This document shows positions 62,801-64,000 of a stretch of DNA of 64,000 bases, piece by piece (positions within the stretch are counted from its first letter, which is position 1; each line of letters starts with the position of its first letter). Position numbers and translations under genes: made by a program. The stretch spans positions 2,668,001-2,732,000 of the forward strand of contig NC_045698.1 in the NCBI RefSeq assembly GCF_009834535.1, given 5' to 3'. Origin of the DNA: Camelus ferus (taxonomy: Eukaryota). The notes below the pieces were generated by a model. It did no database searches. It was not told the DNA's origin and worked only from the letters and a program-made list of their open reading frames with translations.

Positions 62801-64000
62801 TTTCTATGGACAGATGCCATTGCTTCTGCATTCGAGCTGTCATGTATTACGTTCCTATTAGTGAATAGCATCAGCCTTTCACTCAGCCCGTGCTGTTTTG
62901 GATTTGTTTTTGTTTTTTAATTCCAATTCTCACTACATAATTAGAAATGATGGCTTTAAGATCTCAGTCTCCAACATTTCTCACCCCACACACTGCAGCT
63001 GGGGACCCTGACACCTTGGCGGTCACAGTTTGGCGACAGTGACAGTGACACATGCATTCTCAGTGATTTCCTCACCTTCTTCTGCCCCAAGTCCTGCCCA
63101 GAATGTAGAAGTTTCTGCTTCTACATTCTGAGAATGGTAAGTTGGCACTTACTACAGGATCTGAGCGGTTTTGAATGTTACCCAAAGAAATGACAAGTCT
63201 ACCCAAAACCTAATCCACTTTTGCTCATGAATGACCTGTCTGGGCTTCCAAGCCACCACCGTGGACCAGATTTTTGTCACTTCTTCCTTACCATCTTTAG
63301 CTTAGTCAGCTTGTGGGTATGACTCTGTTCACTGATCCATTTCTTCTGGATATAACAGCAGCCACTCCAGCAGCAGTGAGGGCCATGGTTTGCATGTGAG
63401 GGGCCCAGAGTTTTGCAGCCTCTCGTCCAGAGTTCATGTCCCTCCTGGCAGACAGCATCATCACCACCCTTATCTCAGAGGCCAGCGATAAATATTCGGT
63501 GTGGCCTCGTCTGATTAGGCACATCCAGTCTTCAGAGAAGATTGAGAATGGAGCTCAAGAAAGAAAGCATTGTTATTTTCCACCACTTTGTCTAATACAT
63601 TTTAAGTGGCTGATTCTCCCCAGTCGTGTGACCTTCAGTGGGGATGGCCCATCCATCATGCTCTGAACTTTTCATCCTGTCCCACACTCATTTCATCTTT
63701 GCTAGGCAAGATGTCCAGAGTCCTGTTTACGACTCACAAGGGAGCCTCCGTCTGTGTAGCTCATGCGACACCCAGGTGCAGGGGGACGGAGAACAAGCCC
63801 AGCGCCTCCGAAGTCAAGGGCACATGGTCATCGAGAAAATGCGTCTACCATTTTGCCCGTCATCATCTTGGGCAATGAAAATTATCTCCTTTCAAGAGAA
63901 ACCAACTAATGTATCTGTGATAGTGAATTTCTAGTAGGAATCTGAGAAATGTCCTTAACATTGTATAGGATTTGCATACATCAGTAGCATAGAGTGAAAT

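Noticed and set aside
62250..63400. Isolated minus-strand donors at about 62249 and 63291, and a strong plus-strand acceptor at 62340
   Set aside because: No matching partner sites give a convincing exon, and no peptide is recognisable.

Overview
Mammalian, non-genic-looking genomic DNA, most likely camelid. The only lineage-diagnostic SINE I can see is a Vic-1-like tRNA-derived SINE at ~25.5 kb; I see no Alu, Bov-A/tA or PRE1 SINEs. I recognise no intact protein-coding gene: the supplied ORFs are chance frames, simple-repeat translations or decayed LINE-1 ORF2 pieces. The window holds 5'-truncated L1 3' ends, old L1M/L2/MIR fragments, five MLT1 (ERVL-MaLR) solo LTRs, hAT-Charlie MITEs (MER5A, MER20, MER33, MER58A) and microsatellites, in a GC/CpG-rich background like that of distal or subtelomeric chromosome regions. 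The most notable items are: (1) an in-phase 31-hexamer interstitial telomeric array rich in TCAGGG variants and flanked by a TTCGGT direct repeat; (2) a twin-primed, 5'-inverted L1 whose two halves have decayed very differently; (3) a CpG-island-like segment containing a consensus splice donor; (4) several exon-like segments that I cannot assign to a gene. Repeat family names come from recalled consensus sequences, not from a database search, and repeat boundaries are approximate. I found no evidence of a new multi-gene system.
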